64,000 nucleotides of DNA, taken from positions 744,001-808,000 of the forward strand of contig CP075493.1 of NCBI GenBank assembly GCA_021613535.1. Direction: 5' to 3'. This stretch comes from Adineta vaga. Taxonomy: Eukaryota; Animalia; Rotifera. Of this stretch, positions 50,756 through 62,219 are shown piece after piece. Under the pieces are notes generated by a model, which saw nothing but the letters and a program-made list of their open reading frames with translations, did not search any database and was not told where the DNA came from. Position 1 is the first letter of the stretch. Every line of letters starts with the position of its first letter. The position numbers and the translations under genes are program-made.

Positions 50756-52495
50756 ATGAATGGTAAACAAGAAATTACAACGATTGAATTCTTATCTAAT
50801 GAACTTTTTATTGAATGTTTTGAATATCTTAATTCAATTGATATTTTATATGGATTTAATCAATTAAATCATCGTTTTACTAAACTTATTGAAAATATTC
50901 CATTATATTTAAATTTTCAAAATATTCCTCAAACAAAATTTAATAAATTTTACACACAAATTTTATCCAATGAAAAACTTCAAAAACAAATCTATTCTTT
51001 ACATCTATCAAATGAAAATATATGTTGGCAAATTCAACCATTTCTATCACATATTTCACTTAATCAATGTATTCATCTTCAATCATTAAGATTAATTGAA
51101 GTTCAACAACAAAATATTAAATTAATTCAATTAATATTACCATTATTATCTCAACTATCTTCTTTTCATTTAACTATTGATAAAGATATAATTGATGATA
51201 TTATAACATCATTACCAATAACTCAAATGAAAACATTAACCATACCTAAATTCCTTGTCAATCCAATATTTCTTAATAAATTTTCATCAATTCGAAATCT
51301 AACAATGATTTCGTGTAATTTCAAAGAATTAATTTCATTATTAAAACATTCATTTCATTTACAATATCTAAAAACAAAGTTAACTAAAGAGAAATTTGGA
51401 TCTACGTACAAAACTTCATCTACAAATCTTGCTTCTCAACTAAAACAATTGAATATTGTATCATATTATGGTGATATTGATGAACTTGAAATTTTATTTA
51501 AACAAACACCAAATTTAAGAAAATTAATTATATTTATGGATTATTCAGATGAACAACTTCGTGCTAAACCATGGGAAAATATGATAAATACATATTTATT
51601 TCATTTGAATATTTTTATATTTGAATTCTTTTGTTATTGTTCAACACATTGGCTTATAAAGATTTGGTTTGAAGAATTTCAAGATAAATTTTGGTTAGAA
51701 GAACATCATTGGCATACAAGATATTCTATATCAAAAAGATCATCAACAATCTATACAATTCCATATATTTCAAATAGATTTGTAATGGATCCAGAAATTG
51801 AAACATATTCTTCTAAATTATTTAATCATAAAAATGATTTTCATAATGTAACACATTTAACAATTGATCCTAATGCATTAATAGATAATTGTCAATATCA
51901 TTTTTCAAATGTAACATCAATTAATCTTTGGTATCTTGATGATCATGATGATAAATTATTTGAAATAAAACATATTCAATGTTTAAAACAAATAATTAAT
52001 TTATCAAATATAACTGATTTAAAAATTCATCATATTCATCGAATAATAACATCATCTGTATTATTTCAAATCTTAGAAGAAACACAAAACATATCATCAT
52101 TATCGATTGATCAAGATTATTTATTTAATTTATTCTATGATAATAAATTATGTAAATATTTAAATAAATTTATTAAAAAATTAGATATTTGTAATGATAA
52201 AAATAAATCATTTGATAATTATGATCAATTAAATCAATTTTGTGATATATTTTCAAATATTAATCAATTAACATGTATTATTCACGATCAATCTTTTCTT
52301 TTATTAATAATTAAACGTTTACCTTATTTATCTTTAATTAATCTTCCAATATTATATGATTATAATTGTTATTCAGCAATGCCAAAGAAATTATATCAAT
52401 TTAATTTATTTCAATTAGAAAATGAACTTAAAAAATTAGGAGAAATAATTATTGTCAATTCTTCTGAGATTATAAAGATTTATTTATTTCGATAA
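50756..52495 (+). CDS. F-box + LRR-like protein, intronless
   Basis: TTIEFLSNELFIECFEYLNSIDILYGFNQLNHRF F-box-like start, LRR-like units, and the IYTIPY motif. Confidence 0.8.
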   Translation: MNGKQEITTIEFLSNELFIECFEYLNSIDILYGFNQLNHRFTKLIENIPLYLNFQNIPQTKFNKFYTQILSNEKLQKQIYSLHLSNENICWQIQPFLSHISLNQCIHLQSLRLIEVQQQNIKLIQLILPLLSQLSSFHLTIDKDIIDDIITSLPITQMKTLTIPKFLVNPIFLNKFSSIRNLTMISCNFKELISLLKHSFHLQYLKTKLTKEKFGSTYKTSSTNLASQLKQLNIVSYYGDIDELEILFKQTPNLRKLIIFMDYSDEQLRAKPWENMINTYLFHLNIFIFEFFCYCSTHWLIKIWFEEFQDKFWLEEHHWHTRYSISKRSSTIYTIPYISNRFVMDPEIETYSSKLFNHKNDFHNVTHLTIDPNALIDNCQYHFSNVTSINLWYLDDHDDKLFEIKHIQCLKQIINLSNITDLKIHHIHRIITSSVLFQILEETQNISSLSIDQDYLFNLFYDNKLCKYLNKFIKKLDICNDKNKSFDNYDQLNQFCDIFSNINQLTCIIHDQSFLLLIIKRLPYLSLINLPILYDYNCYSAMPKKLYQFNLFQLENELKKLGEIIIVNSSEIIKIYLFR

Positions 52496-52931
52496 TTACG
52501 AAAAAAAAACATTTTTATACTTAACTCAAATTCTTATTTTCCTTTACGATATTATAATCAATAAGATTTAGAATAATCGTTATTTATTTTTTATTTTTGA
52601 ATAAATCATATGTTATTTTCAAAGAAAAGCTAAAGAACTAAAATTATTATTATTGTTTTTTGACATAAGAATAAATGAATTTGAGGAAATTAGTATTCGT
52701 AATAAAAATGATTAATTCAAGTGATATAAAGCATTAAAATAGATATTCAATTCGTTATATTTGATAAACAATTTAATAAGAGAATATAAATATGTCATTT
52801 ATTTTTCTGTAATCATTAAATTAAATTTAAGAAACTTATCTATAACAATTACATATAGATGATAACTGAAAGTAAAATCGTTCACTTGCTATACAATGAA
52901 TAATATATATAAAAGTTTAATTAATTGGTTT

Positions 52932-54881
52932 CTAATCATCAATTGGAGTCGAAATATCGGATTGAATTGAAGGAATATTTGGGATACGTTTTGAAAATTT
53001 TTTAAATGTAATATACCATATTTGAATCAAATGACATGACATACATAGAATTAATATCAAAACAATGATCCACGCCTATAATAAAATAGATATAGAAAAT
53101 AAATATATAAAAAACAAACCAAACTTACTCTCCATGATTGAGGTACATCTATTGTTAAATTAACAAGTCCATATTGAATACAAGTGATTACTCCTGCTGA
53201 TGTCCACATAATACCAGTTAATCTACCAATGTATTCAGATGGAAAACTAAAATAAATATTACAATACAATTCTTATTGTAAATAAAATCTTTTTTTTCAT
53301 ATTGTAAAATTACAAAGTCGAAATGACTGCTTGTGAACCAGCTACAATCACTGAACGACCAATATAATTAAAAATTAATGCAGGAATAATAACAGAAGAT
53401 TTAACAAACATACAAATGATGCATATTATTATATTTAATATCCATGCTAATGTTTGAATAATTGCAGCATTTAATAGTTTTTGTTTTTGATCTAAATAGA
53501 ATTTGATTGGAACATTTTATTTTGTAAATTTGAGTAATAAATTACTTTGTTCTGATCGAAATGCAAGAAGAAAACCAACAATTGGACATAGAATAATTTG
53601 AGATAATGATGCCATATTAAATGCAAAAGTATATTTATCACCTACAATGAATTTATTTCATATTATATTCAAAGATTTCAATAGAAATCTTTACTTATTA
53701 TTTTATCATTATGATTTATATAATAAATCCATGGATACCAAGTCACCGATAGAAGAATATTTGGCATTAATAAAATACTTAAATAAAGAACAACCAAAAT
53801 ATATAATGGATTAGTTATATATTTCCAAAATCCAACACGTTGATAGATATTTGTATACCATTTCCTTTTATTATTTATCTCTAAAATATGAAAATGATAA
53901 GTACAGATAAACAAACAAACAAACAAGATTCTTGTCTTTACGTACCATTTGTTGATATTGTTTCCATTCGTTCTAATTTTGTATCAAGTTTATATTCAAG
54001 ATTCAATATCGGAAATTTCCAATCAAGAAATAAAAATGATGATAAAAACATTAATATTCCAAAAGACATCCAAATATAAGATAATTGAGATAATGTTAAT
54101 TTATTATTATCAATTAAGACCTAAATAATTTTTATATTTCATATAAAACTATTCTAATAGATAGAAAGAAAGAAAATTAAAAGTTTTACTTGAAATACAG
54201 AATACCAGATTGATGCAGATAAACTTGAACCGACAAGTAATGTTAATAAAAATGCTCGTCCTTGAGAAAAATAATTACATGTTGCATAACTGGTTATTTG
54301 TACAGTGATACCCGATAATGCTGTGAAGAGTGTATGAACAAATAACAAAGAATCTCGATGTAAAATAAAAGAAAAAAAATTAAAATTACAAAAAAAAATA
54401 TTCGTATTTTTTTAAAGAAACTTATCAGATTTAACCAAAGCTAAAGCTAACCATCCTATAATATGAAATATTCTAAATAAAATATGAAATAAATCAATGA
54501 AAATATGATCAATAAGAAGGATTACATTGCGATTAATTTAACAAAACGACCACCAAACATATCAATTAATATCCCAACAAACATAGATGGTAAATTAAAA
54601 AAAATTATACCTAAAGTCAATGCATTCTAAAACAGAAAACTATATTCAAATAAACAAAAGAATTTGTTCGATATTTTTACTTGATATTGTTGTGCTTGAC
54701 CAGTACAATCTTGTTCGGTTGAATTAATTCCATTTAATGAATGACAATATTTACTATAGATACCATATTTTGGTAATATTTTGAAAAGTGCTGCAAAACC
54801 AAAAATATTTGCACTTATAAGATTTACTTCAATTAAAAGCCAAATAATACCAATCCATTTTCGATATACATTTGAATTCAT
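52932..54881 (-). CDS. SLC43-family (LAT3/LAT4/ENBT1-like) MFS transporter, about ten exons
   Basis: LLIEVNLISANIFGFAAL..IL...GIYSKYC (SLC43 TM1 pattern), LIDMFGGRFV, LLVGSSLSAS and FPSEYIGRLTG. Many short GT-AG introns; stop at 52932. Confidence 0.75.
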
Positions 54882-55257
54882 CTAGTATAAGTTTTATTTA
54901 ATAGAATTTATTGAAAATAATCTCATATATTATATTATAGTTCGTTATTATTCTCAATAGAAATAAAGAAAATAAAAATGAATATTTAAGACTTATGATG
55001 CAGTTGATCGTACTTTTCAATGAATACCTGGAGAAATTTTTATAATAGAAATATTCTAAAGAAAATAAACGGGGTGATTCGATAAAAACTCATCAGGAGA
55101 TCTTTAATAGAGAATCAATCAGAATATAATAAAAAATAAGAATATTTTGTTTTTCGTATTTTTCCCAATAATACGAATACAAAAAGAAAAAGAGGGACAA
55201 ATTATACAGTTAAAAGTAGAACGAAATTGTAATTATGAAATTGATTTTCTTTTTATT

Positions 55258-56214
55258 TTATAATAATTTTAATATTTGTTCACAATTCAAAAAACAAACG
55301 TTAGGCATTTTTTTAATCGTTTGAAGAGCTTTTTTCAAATGAAAAGCTTTTGCTGGTGTACCAATAATAAATGTATGCAATCCTAAACATATAATTTTAG
55401 CTTTTTTTGTCTTTTCTGTAACTAATTGTTCAATATAATCTATTATTGTTTGTGCATATTGTTCACCCGTATAACCTTGACACATACATAATGATATATC
55501 ATTTGTTTCCATTGAATAAGGTAGAACTATTAATTCTTTTTCTTTTTCATTCGATGATTTTAATTTATATAAAACATCATCATTTGTCGCATCTAATGAT
55601 AAACGTATACCATTATCAACTAAAAATGGAATATATTGATTAGAATCGTTTCAATTCATTTTTTAGAAAATTAAATGGTTTCAGAATACATGGAATAATA
55701 CTATAAATTGATCTTTACCTAAGATTTTTGTTGAATTATCTGGTGCAGAAAATCCTGGAGTTAACCATGCTTTTGGTCTTTGTTGATGTCCTAATGCTTG
55801 TTCAATTTGATCTAAAGATTGTTTAACTTGTTCTTCAAAAGATATATGTTTTACAGCAGATAGAGAATTTGTAAGACCATGACCTATAATATCAATATTT
55901 TGGTTTTCTTTTGAATATATTTTTATTTCTTGAAATAGATCTGTTTCTTTATCAATTAAATATGAATTCATTGCAATACTAACTGGTATTTGTAAATCAG
56001 AAAATATCGTAAGAAGACGATTTGTTCCTTGTCTATTACCATAATCACGCCAACCACTATTTGCAATATCTGGTATAAGATTACTTAAATGTGGTTGAAT
56101 ACAAGGACCTCCATGACCATTTATAAATACTTCAGAATTTATTATTGGAACAACAGCTACTTTACAATCATTTAACCAATGAGTTAAAGAAATCTCTTCT
56201 CGTATATCGAACAT
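55258..56214 (-). CDS. PuuE-like carbohydrate-esterase-4 (polysaccharide deacetylase fold) amidohydrolase, bacterial type, 2 exons
   Basis: INSE, NSGWRDYGNRQG, IGHG, PKAWLTPG, NDD, PYSMETND and LGLHTFIIG motifs. Intron 55718-55620 restores a 285-aa frame. Confidence 0.85.
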
Positions 56215-56400
56215 ATCATAAAACTAAAAATATAGAATAATATCTACAATTAATGTAAAGTACAAATTAGCAAATATGAAATTGATAATACATCTGAATT
56301 TACTTTGAAATTCTTTTTATTTTATCTAGTTGGTTTACTTCTACAGTTACATAGATAAATACACGAACTTTTCATTTACTTTTTGTTGATAAATATCAAT

Positions 56401-56560
56401 GAATATAAGGAAGAAGGTTTCACTGTCTATCTACTATGCATTCGATCCTTGTAATAGCTACGATAACCAAACTTTTCACGGTACTTGCCTAGATTCCACG
56501 GAAGACAGAGAGAGAGAGAGAGGGAGAGAAAGTGTTGAGTGAAATGTCAATCTCACCCTC
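56401..56560 (+). mobile_element. Degenerate 5' fragment of the Helitron-like family
   Basis: ATAAGGAAGAAGGTTT...CTATGCATTC...GTAATAGCTACGATAACCAAACTTT resembles the other copies; it ends in a (GA)n tract. Confidence 0.55.
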
Positions 56561-57425
56561 ATGAATTCTCTATTAAATGTTCGCATATCAGTAGTCTTTT
56601 AGGTGATACAGAATGTATATTTACTTTGATAAAGCTTTTTTAAAAAAGAATCATGCAAGGTCGTTATATAGGTATGATAATAATTTCATTCACACAATAA
56701 ACGAATTCTTGTGTTATCGGCATCAAACAACATATGTGTATGTTATTTATTACTTGTTAATATCCTGCAAAGAGTAATTACCAACAGTAAATTACTAAAT
56801 AATTGAGATTTCATTAAGATTTACTAAAATTTCAAGAAGACATGCCTCGAATCTGGACGTTCGAGTTCGTTGAATTTGAGTATTGACCTTGAGTTGAGAC
56901 TTTGACATTAATAAAAAAAAAAGTACTAGAAGTTAGGCAAATGCAGTAATTTTAGAATTTACTACTATAATAAATTTGAATACAATAAGATGAATGACCC
57001 GCAATCTGAAGATCAGGAACTATCAAAAAATAAACTAATGGTGTCTAAAAAATCTTCAATCGAATCTGATCGAATTTCAAGTTATTTTTCCAAAGTGATT
57101 ATACATTAATAGTTGCAACTCTTATTAAATTTTGAAAGGCTATCAAAGATTTTTTTAATTAAATTCTGCGTAGATTGCATATAGTTTATATGCATACAAT
57201 GCACAATAAAGAGGGAAAGCGTGGGCACCTGATTCGCACTTTCGTCCTTGGGCGCGATCATTATTGTTCAATTTGTCACGAAATATGTATTGATTCTAGG
57301 TTATTTAGATATCTATGAAGTTTATACGCGTATTATATATTTACCTATTCATTCTCAGAAATTATCCAATTTTTTTTAAATAGTTTTCATTCCACTACTT
57401 TTCATCAATAATTATTTCTTTTCAG

Positions 57426-58299
57426 GTTCTAATTCAACATTTGCGGTTCCTACGTGCTCATATGAGGAACTTGAAGATGGGTATGGAACCATTATTGGAC
57501 CTATGTCGGCTAAAAAACGTGAAGGTCTAACAATTCCATTTTATAAAAATATTGTTGAAGGAAAAAATTTTGATTTTGAATGTCGTCCTCCAGTAACATG
57601 TCGTGCGGCAGAAATTCATTTTAAATCAAATAAAGAAACACTTTGGTTAGAACGACATATGCATTTAACTCAATTATTTATTGGTCTGGGCGGAAAAGAT
57701 CCATTTATGATGGTTTTAGGTAAACCAACACATAATCGAACGGATTTAAATGAAGAACAAAGAGCTCTACCTGATTTAAATAATGTTAAAGCTTTTATTG
57801 TACCAGCAGGTAAGATGTTATAAATTTTACTTGTATAATCATTATCTTAAAGATTAGAGATTTCTATCTAGCTTTGAATAATCTCCAAAAGATATGTCTA
57901 CCTTAATCTAACAATCTGAATCCGTGTTCTAATGTAACAAAAAATGCGCGGGGATAAAATATTTTTTTTGCTTTGATGTCTATCCTCATCACTATTATGA
58001 TCGAGCCTTTAACTTTAATGAATCTTTATTATTTTGTATTTTTTTTTGTGTGTGTAGGTTGTGGTTTAATTCTTCATAAAGGTACCTGGCATGATTTTCC
58101 AGTCAGTATTGGGAATTCTATAACTGTTTTAACGTTTAATAGTGCAGAGGTAGTTGAAGCTCTCGCTGCTATGCCTGCACCAGGTGAAATGCTTGGACAA
58201 GGTGATGTTTACAAAATTAACCTTCCGCAACGTCTTGGCCTAACAGTTACGTATAATTTTGAAATAACAACAACAACAAATAACGAAAAAGAAACATAA
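57426..58299 (+). CDS. Ureidoglycolate lyase/hydrolase-like cupin protein (AllA-like), spliced; first exon not located
   Basis: WLERHMHLTQLF, VKAFIVPAG|CGLILHKGTWHDFP. Exons 57426-57809 and 58058-58299 join in frame. An acceptor AG at 57424-57425 implies an upstream exon, or the start is ATG 57503. Confidence 0.78.
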
Positions 58300-58807
58300 T
58301 AATTGATGAAAATAATACAAATCAAATCAAATCAACTATTTATACTTATTTTACCCTGAATTTCTAGATTTCTATATCTGTAATAGCATAAACTTGTTAT
58401 TCAATAGATTTACGCAATCATAAAACATTTTCTTCATACTTTGTACATGTGAATAAACCACTATGTTTGTCATACATTGTCAATAGAGATACACGAATTC
58501 CAATTAACAGGATATCAGCCCTGACTGAAACTGGACGTATTTCTAATCGTCATATTGTCCTTGTGGTAACCATATTTTATGTCCAATGGGCATTATTGAA
58601 GAATATAGACTAGTTAACATCATACACACTTAAGCTCACGATTACAATACTTTATAGTTCTACACACATTGCAATCGCATACAAAGAAAACTTCTATAAT
58701 AGTAATTAGGATACTTCTATTGGTCTTTATGATAGATCAATAAATAGTTATAATAAAACAAGATTATGCTTCTTTTTTTATAGTTCCAAGTAGAAGATTT
58801 TAAGACA

Positions 58808-59485
58808 TTATTTCAAGACGTTGAGCACTTTATCTGATTGTGATACCCAACCAAATATACCTCCTTGAGCCTTGATCATATCGAGAGCTGCTACTTGAAA
58901 CTTAGGAAAGTATGATCCAACACAATCTTCAAGAACAAGACATTCATAGCCTCGATCATTAGCTTCACGTACAGTAGTATTAACACAGACTTCAGTGGTG
59001 ACTCCGGTGACGATCAGTTGCTTAATATTGTAATTGTTAAGAATCGTATTGAGATCTGTCGCATAGAATGCACCTTTTCCACATTTATCAATAATTGGTT
59101 CGTCAGGTAATGGATAAAGTTCTGGAATAATATCATGTCCAGGTTCACCTCGCACCAAAATGCGACCCATTGGACCAGCATCACCAATGCACATAGTACT
59201 TCGACCGCGAATCTTCTTACTTAATGGAAGATCAGATAAATCTGGCCGATGACCTTCTCGAGTATGTACGATTTTTAAGCCAGCAGCACGCCATGCTGCC
59301 AGTAGTTTCTGGTTTGGACTAATTGTTCGACGAAGTTGTTCCACATCATTACCCAACATTGCACCAAAACCACCGGGTTCTAAAAAATCGCGTTGCATGT
59401 CGATAATCAATAATGCGCATTGACTTGGTATAAACTCGAATGCATATGGCTCAGCTGTAACGGTTAAAGTTTTATTAATATCCAT
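58808..59485 (-). CDS. trtA: Isochorismatase-family cysteine hydrolase, triuret hydrolase (TrtA)-like, intronless
   Basis: D-K-C triad motifs (IDMQRDF, IDKCGKGAF, TTEVCV), HTREGHRPDLSD and REANDRGYECL. Specificity positions read GGF/LGND/TTE/SYFP/QGGI (TrtA type), not GGY/MGYD/TTD/ATD/QGGV (BiuH type); compared from memory of those sequences. Confidence 0.82.
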   Translation of the reverse strand: MDINKTLTVTAEPYAFEFIPSQCALLIIDMQRDFLEPGGFGAMLGNDVEQLRRTISPNQKLLAAWRAAGLKIVHTREGHRPDLSDLPLSKKIRGRSTMCIGDAGPMGRILVRGEPGHDIIPELYPLPDEPIIDKCGKGAFYATDLNTILNNYNIKQLIVTGVTTEVCVNTTVREANDRGYECLVLEDCVGSYFPKFQVAALDMIKAQGGIFGWVSQSDKVLNVLK

Positions 59486-59642
59486 TTTAACGTTATGTTT
59501 TTGCTATATCAAATCCAATTTAGAAGATTATTCTAAAAAAGCAAAATCTGAAATAATTTAATAGAGAACACTTCATATAAAGTTTTAATCTTCAAAATAC
59601 TCAACAAAAAACAGTGTGGTTGTGAATATATACTACTACGTT

Positions 59643-60062
59643 CTAGCTTTTAATGAAATCAGTATGCACACTGACATGAGCAGCAACAATTTTCCAGCCA
59701 TTACCAACATCTAAATCCGATCCTAATCTAGCCCAGGTTTGCATTTGTCGGCCACATACTGGTTTTTCGACACCATTGCTAAACTCCGTACTGACTGTTG
59801 CGAAGTCATTACCAAACGTCGTAATTATTGTACGATGAAGTTGTCTTTCAGCTGGTACTGGCTGTGCAGTAGTGCGCCACTGATAAATTGCCTCTACGCC
59901 ATGTTGAATATCGGCAATACCATAACGAACCGTTTCAGGCGCATTCCAAAACATTAGATTCATTGTATTTACATCATTATCTATCAGAGCTTGTTCATAC
60001 CTGGTAAATGCTGCCTTTACTTGCGCAACCACTTCATGTTTGTTAATTTCAAACGTCATCAA
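59643..60062 (-). CDS. AtzH/HpxZ-like (DUF3225, SnoaL/NTF2 fold) protein, intronless
   Basis: V.AAF.RYEQAL..NDV, FW....TVRYG, ITTFG.DFA....EF, GRQMQTW and WKIVAAHVS motifs. Confidence 0.88.
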   Translation of the reverse strand: MMTFEINKHEVVAQVKAAFTRYEQALIDNDVNTMNLMFWNAPETVRYGIADIQHGVEAIYQWRTTAQPVPAERQLHRTIITTFGNDFATVSTEFSNGVEKPVCGRQMQTWARLGSDLDVGNGWKIVAAHVSVHTDFIKS

Positions 60063-60539
60063 TTATTATAGAGCTGGTTAAGTATTGAATTTTTTTCCTG
60101 ATTTCAACAATTCTAAATAGATTACCATACGCAAATGTTAACGTTGATTGTGAATCAAATTTTTATGTCACAATGTTGGACGAAACTCGAATCTAAACTA
60201 ACCTTGATTTTATTCGTCCACGTTGATAAACAATGTGACTCGTTTGCTTTACGAAAGAATATGAAAAATTTGTCTTAATAAGTGTATATATAAGAACATT
60301 TTTTTTTAAACTTTTTATTGTTCTTTTATCTTAAAATTATTTTATTTATTACTTGAAAAACGTTTAAGATATAAAACTAAGAGTATCAATGAGAATAAAA
60401 GATGCAGGTGTGGAAAAGTTTCATAACCTAAAATAATATTATAAAAATCTAGTAATGCATTCTTTAACACGATCATTTAAAAACTAAGCAATTAAATTTT
60501 TCAATTTTGTTTTAATTCATCTAGGTTTTCTACCTCTTA

Positions 60540-61234
60540 TCTATATATATAAAGAAGAAAGTTTGTCTGTCTGTCTGTTCGCTATGCGTTCAGTCCTTGT
60601 AAAAGCTAATGTCACCAAACCTTCCACAATGCTTCTTTAGGTCCAGAGGAAGGTCGACATGGGGTTAGAATAGTCATCGAGGGATGAGGGTGGGGCGTTG
60701 GTGTCTGCATCTACGATGGACAACTGCAATGCCTGAGTTGGATTCTCGGAAAAAACTGAATCTGAAGTGAAATGACTACTCTAACTGTATGGAGTCAAAG
60801 TGAAGGTTATAAACTAGAGAATGACTTGCAGCGAGCGTCTGAAAATAGGCAGATCTATTGAGGGGTGTGAGTTGCAGCGGGACAATAGGAGTGGATTTAA
60901 AAGGAACAGAGCTGTATATCGTATGCATAGCGAGACAAGACCAGTAGGAAAGAACTAATAAAGAGGTGCGGAAAGTTCTGAAAAAAAGACCTGATATATG
61001 ACGTGAAAAGGGATATAGGAAGGTTTCAGTACGGAGGTGAAAGACAGGTAACTCGTACTGAGTGGCAACCTGAAGGATTACAGTGGCTAAGGCAGAACAG
61101 GAAAGGAGAGTGTGAGAGTTTTTTGATACACGACGGGTAAATACCAACGGAGAGGTCCAATGGGTGATGAGAAAAGCACTACTGTAGATGAAAAACGTAA
61201 ATTGTGTTCTTTTTGCAACGGGTATCTCCGCTAG
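60540..61234 (+). mobile_element. Non-autonomous Helitron-like element, 695-bp intact-ended copy
   Basis: A|TC 5' end and GGGTATCTCCGCTAG|T 3' end; homologous to 24535-25485. Confidence 0.78.
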
Positions 61235-61329
61235 TATCGTAATATATAATCAATATAATATTATTTTCAAGTTCTATTTATGTTATTAAATGAAAAATGA
61301 TAAGAAATGCGTTGAAAACGAAATATACA

Positions 61330-62219
61330 TGTTTTTATATTATTGTTGGTATTATTCTATTGGGCTTTTGTTTAATTCTTTTCATTATAGCAATTTTAAG
61401 TGGATCTGTATATTTAAACATGATAATCATCAAAAATGTCGAAGAAATAACGAGAAAACTAAAAACAATACGATGATACTATTTTGATAGATCGATAAAA
61501 AAAGAAATAATTACAAAAGTTACATATGGAATACCAAAAATGAATAAAATATTGACAAGAATTATTGTACGTCGAACCATTTCTAAATTTCTTTGTGCAC
61601 GTAATAAAATATTTACAGATGTTGTTCGTTGATTTATTTGTTTAATAAATCGAATTAATTTGATATAAATTATCATTAATAATAATAAAGGAAATAAATA
61701 AACTGATAATAACATATAAATTATTGAAAATGATAATCGAAATGGTATAATACATATTTGATTATCAATTATATAAATAATTTCACTACATAGATAATAT
61801 TCTAATGGATTTAGAAAACTTATAATCCATATAGAAAGAATAAGAATCATTTGAAATTTTCCTGATTGATAAACTAAACGAAATGGATAAAAACAACACA
61901 AAAATAACGATAAAATGCTTGTAAAAGAAAACTAAAATTCATTACACTACATGTCGAATAAGCAATATAAGTACGTATTGTACAAAATAAATCTACATAT
62001 GAGATTTGTTTTAGATCATTATATAATGTAAATAAATCAAATACAAATAGAAATACAGATAAACATACATTTGTTATTAATATCATTGGTACTGTATGAC
62101 AAGTTTTATCTTTAATTATAATAAATAAATAAAATAATGATAATATCATTGTTAAAAGAAGTGATTGAAATATACCAAGATTCAACAATAAATTCTGAAG
62201 AATTCGATATAGTTGACAT
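61330..62219 (-). pseudogene. Frameshifted rhodopsin-like GPCR
   Basis: DKTCHTVPMILITN, FCTIR, SFLLQAFYRY and RAQRNLEMVRR motifs split across frames (shifts near 62160 and 61890). Confidence 0.7.

Noticed and set aside
58808-59485. Call as biuret hydrolase or plain isochorismatase
   Set aside because: The specificity residues match the TrtA pattern instead.
55258-60062. Bacterial contaminant contig
   Set aside because: Spliceosomal introns, host-like AT content, an interspersed host repeat and animal flanking genes.
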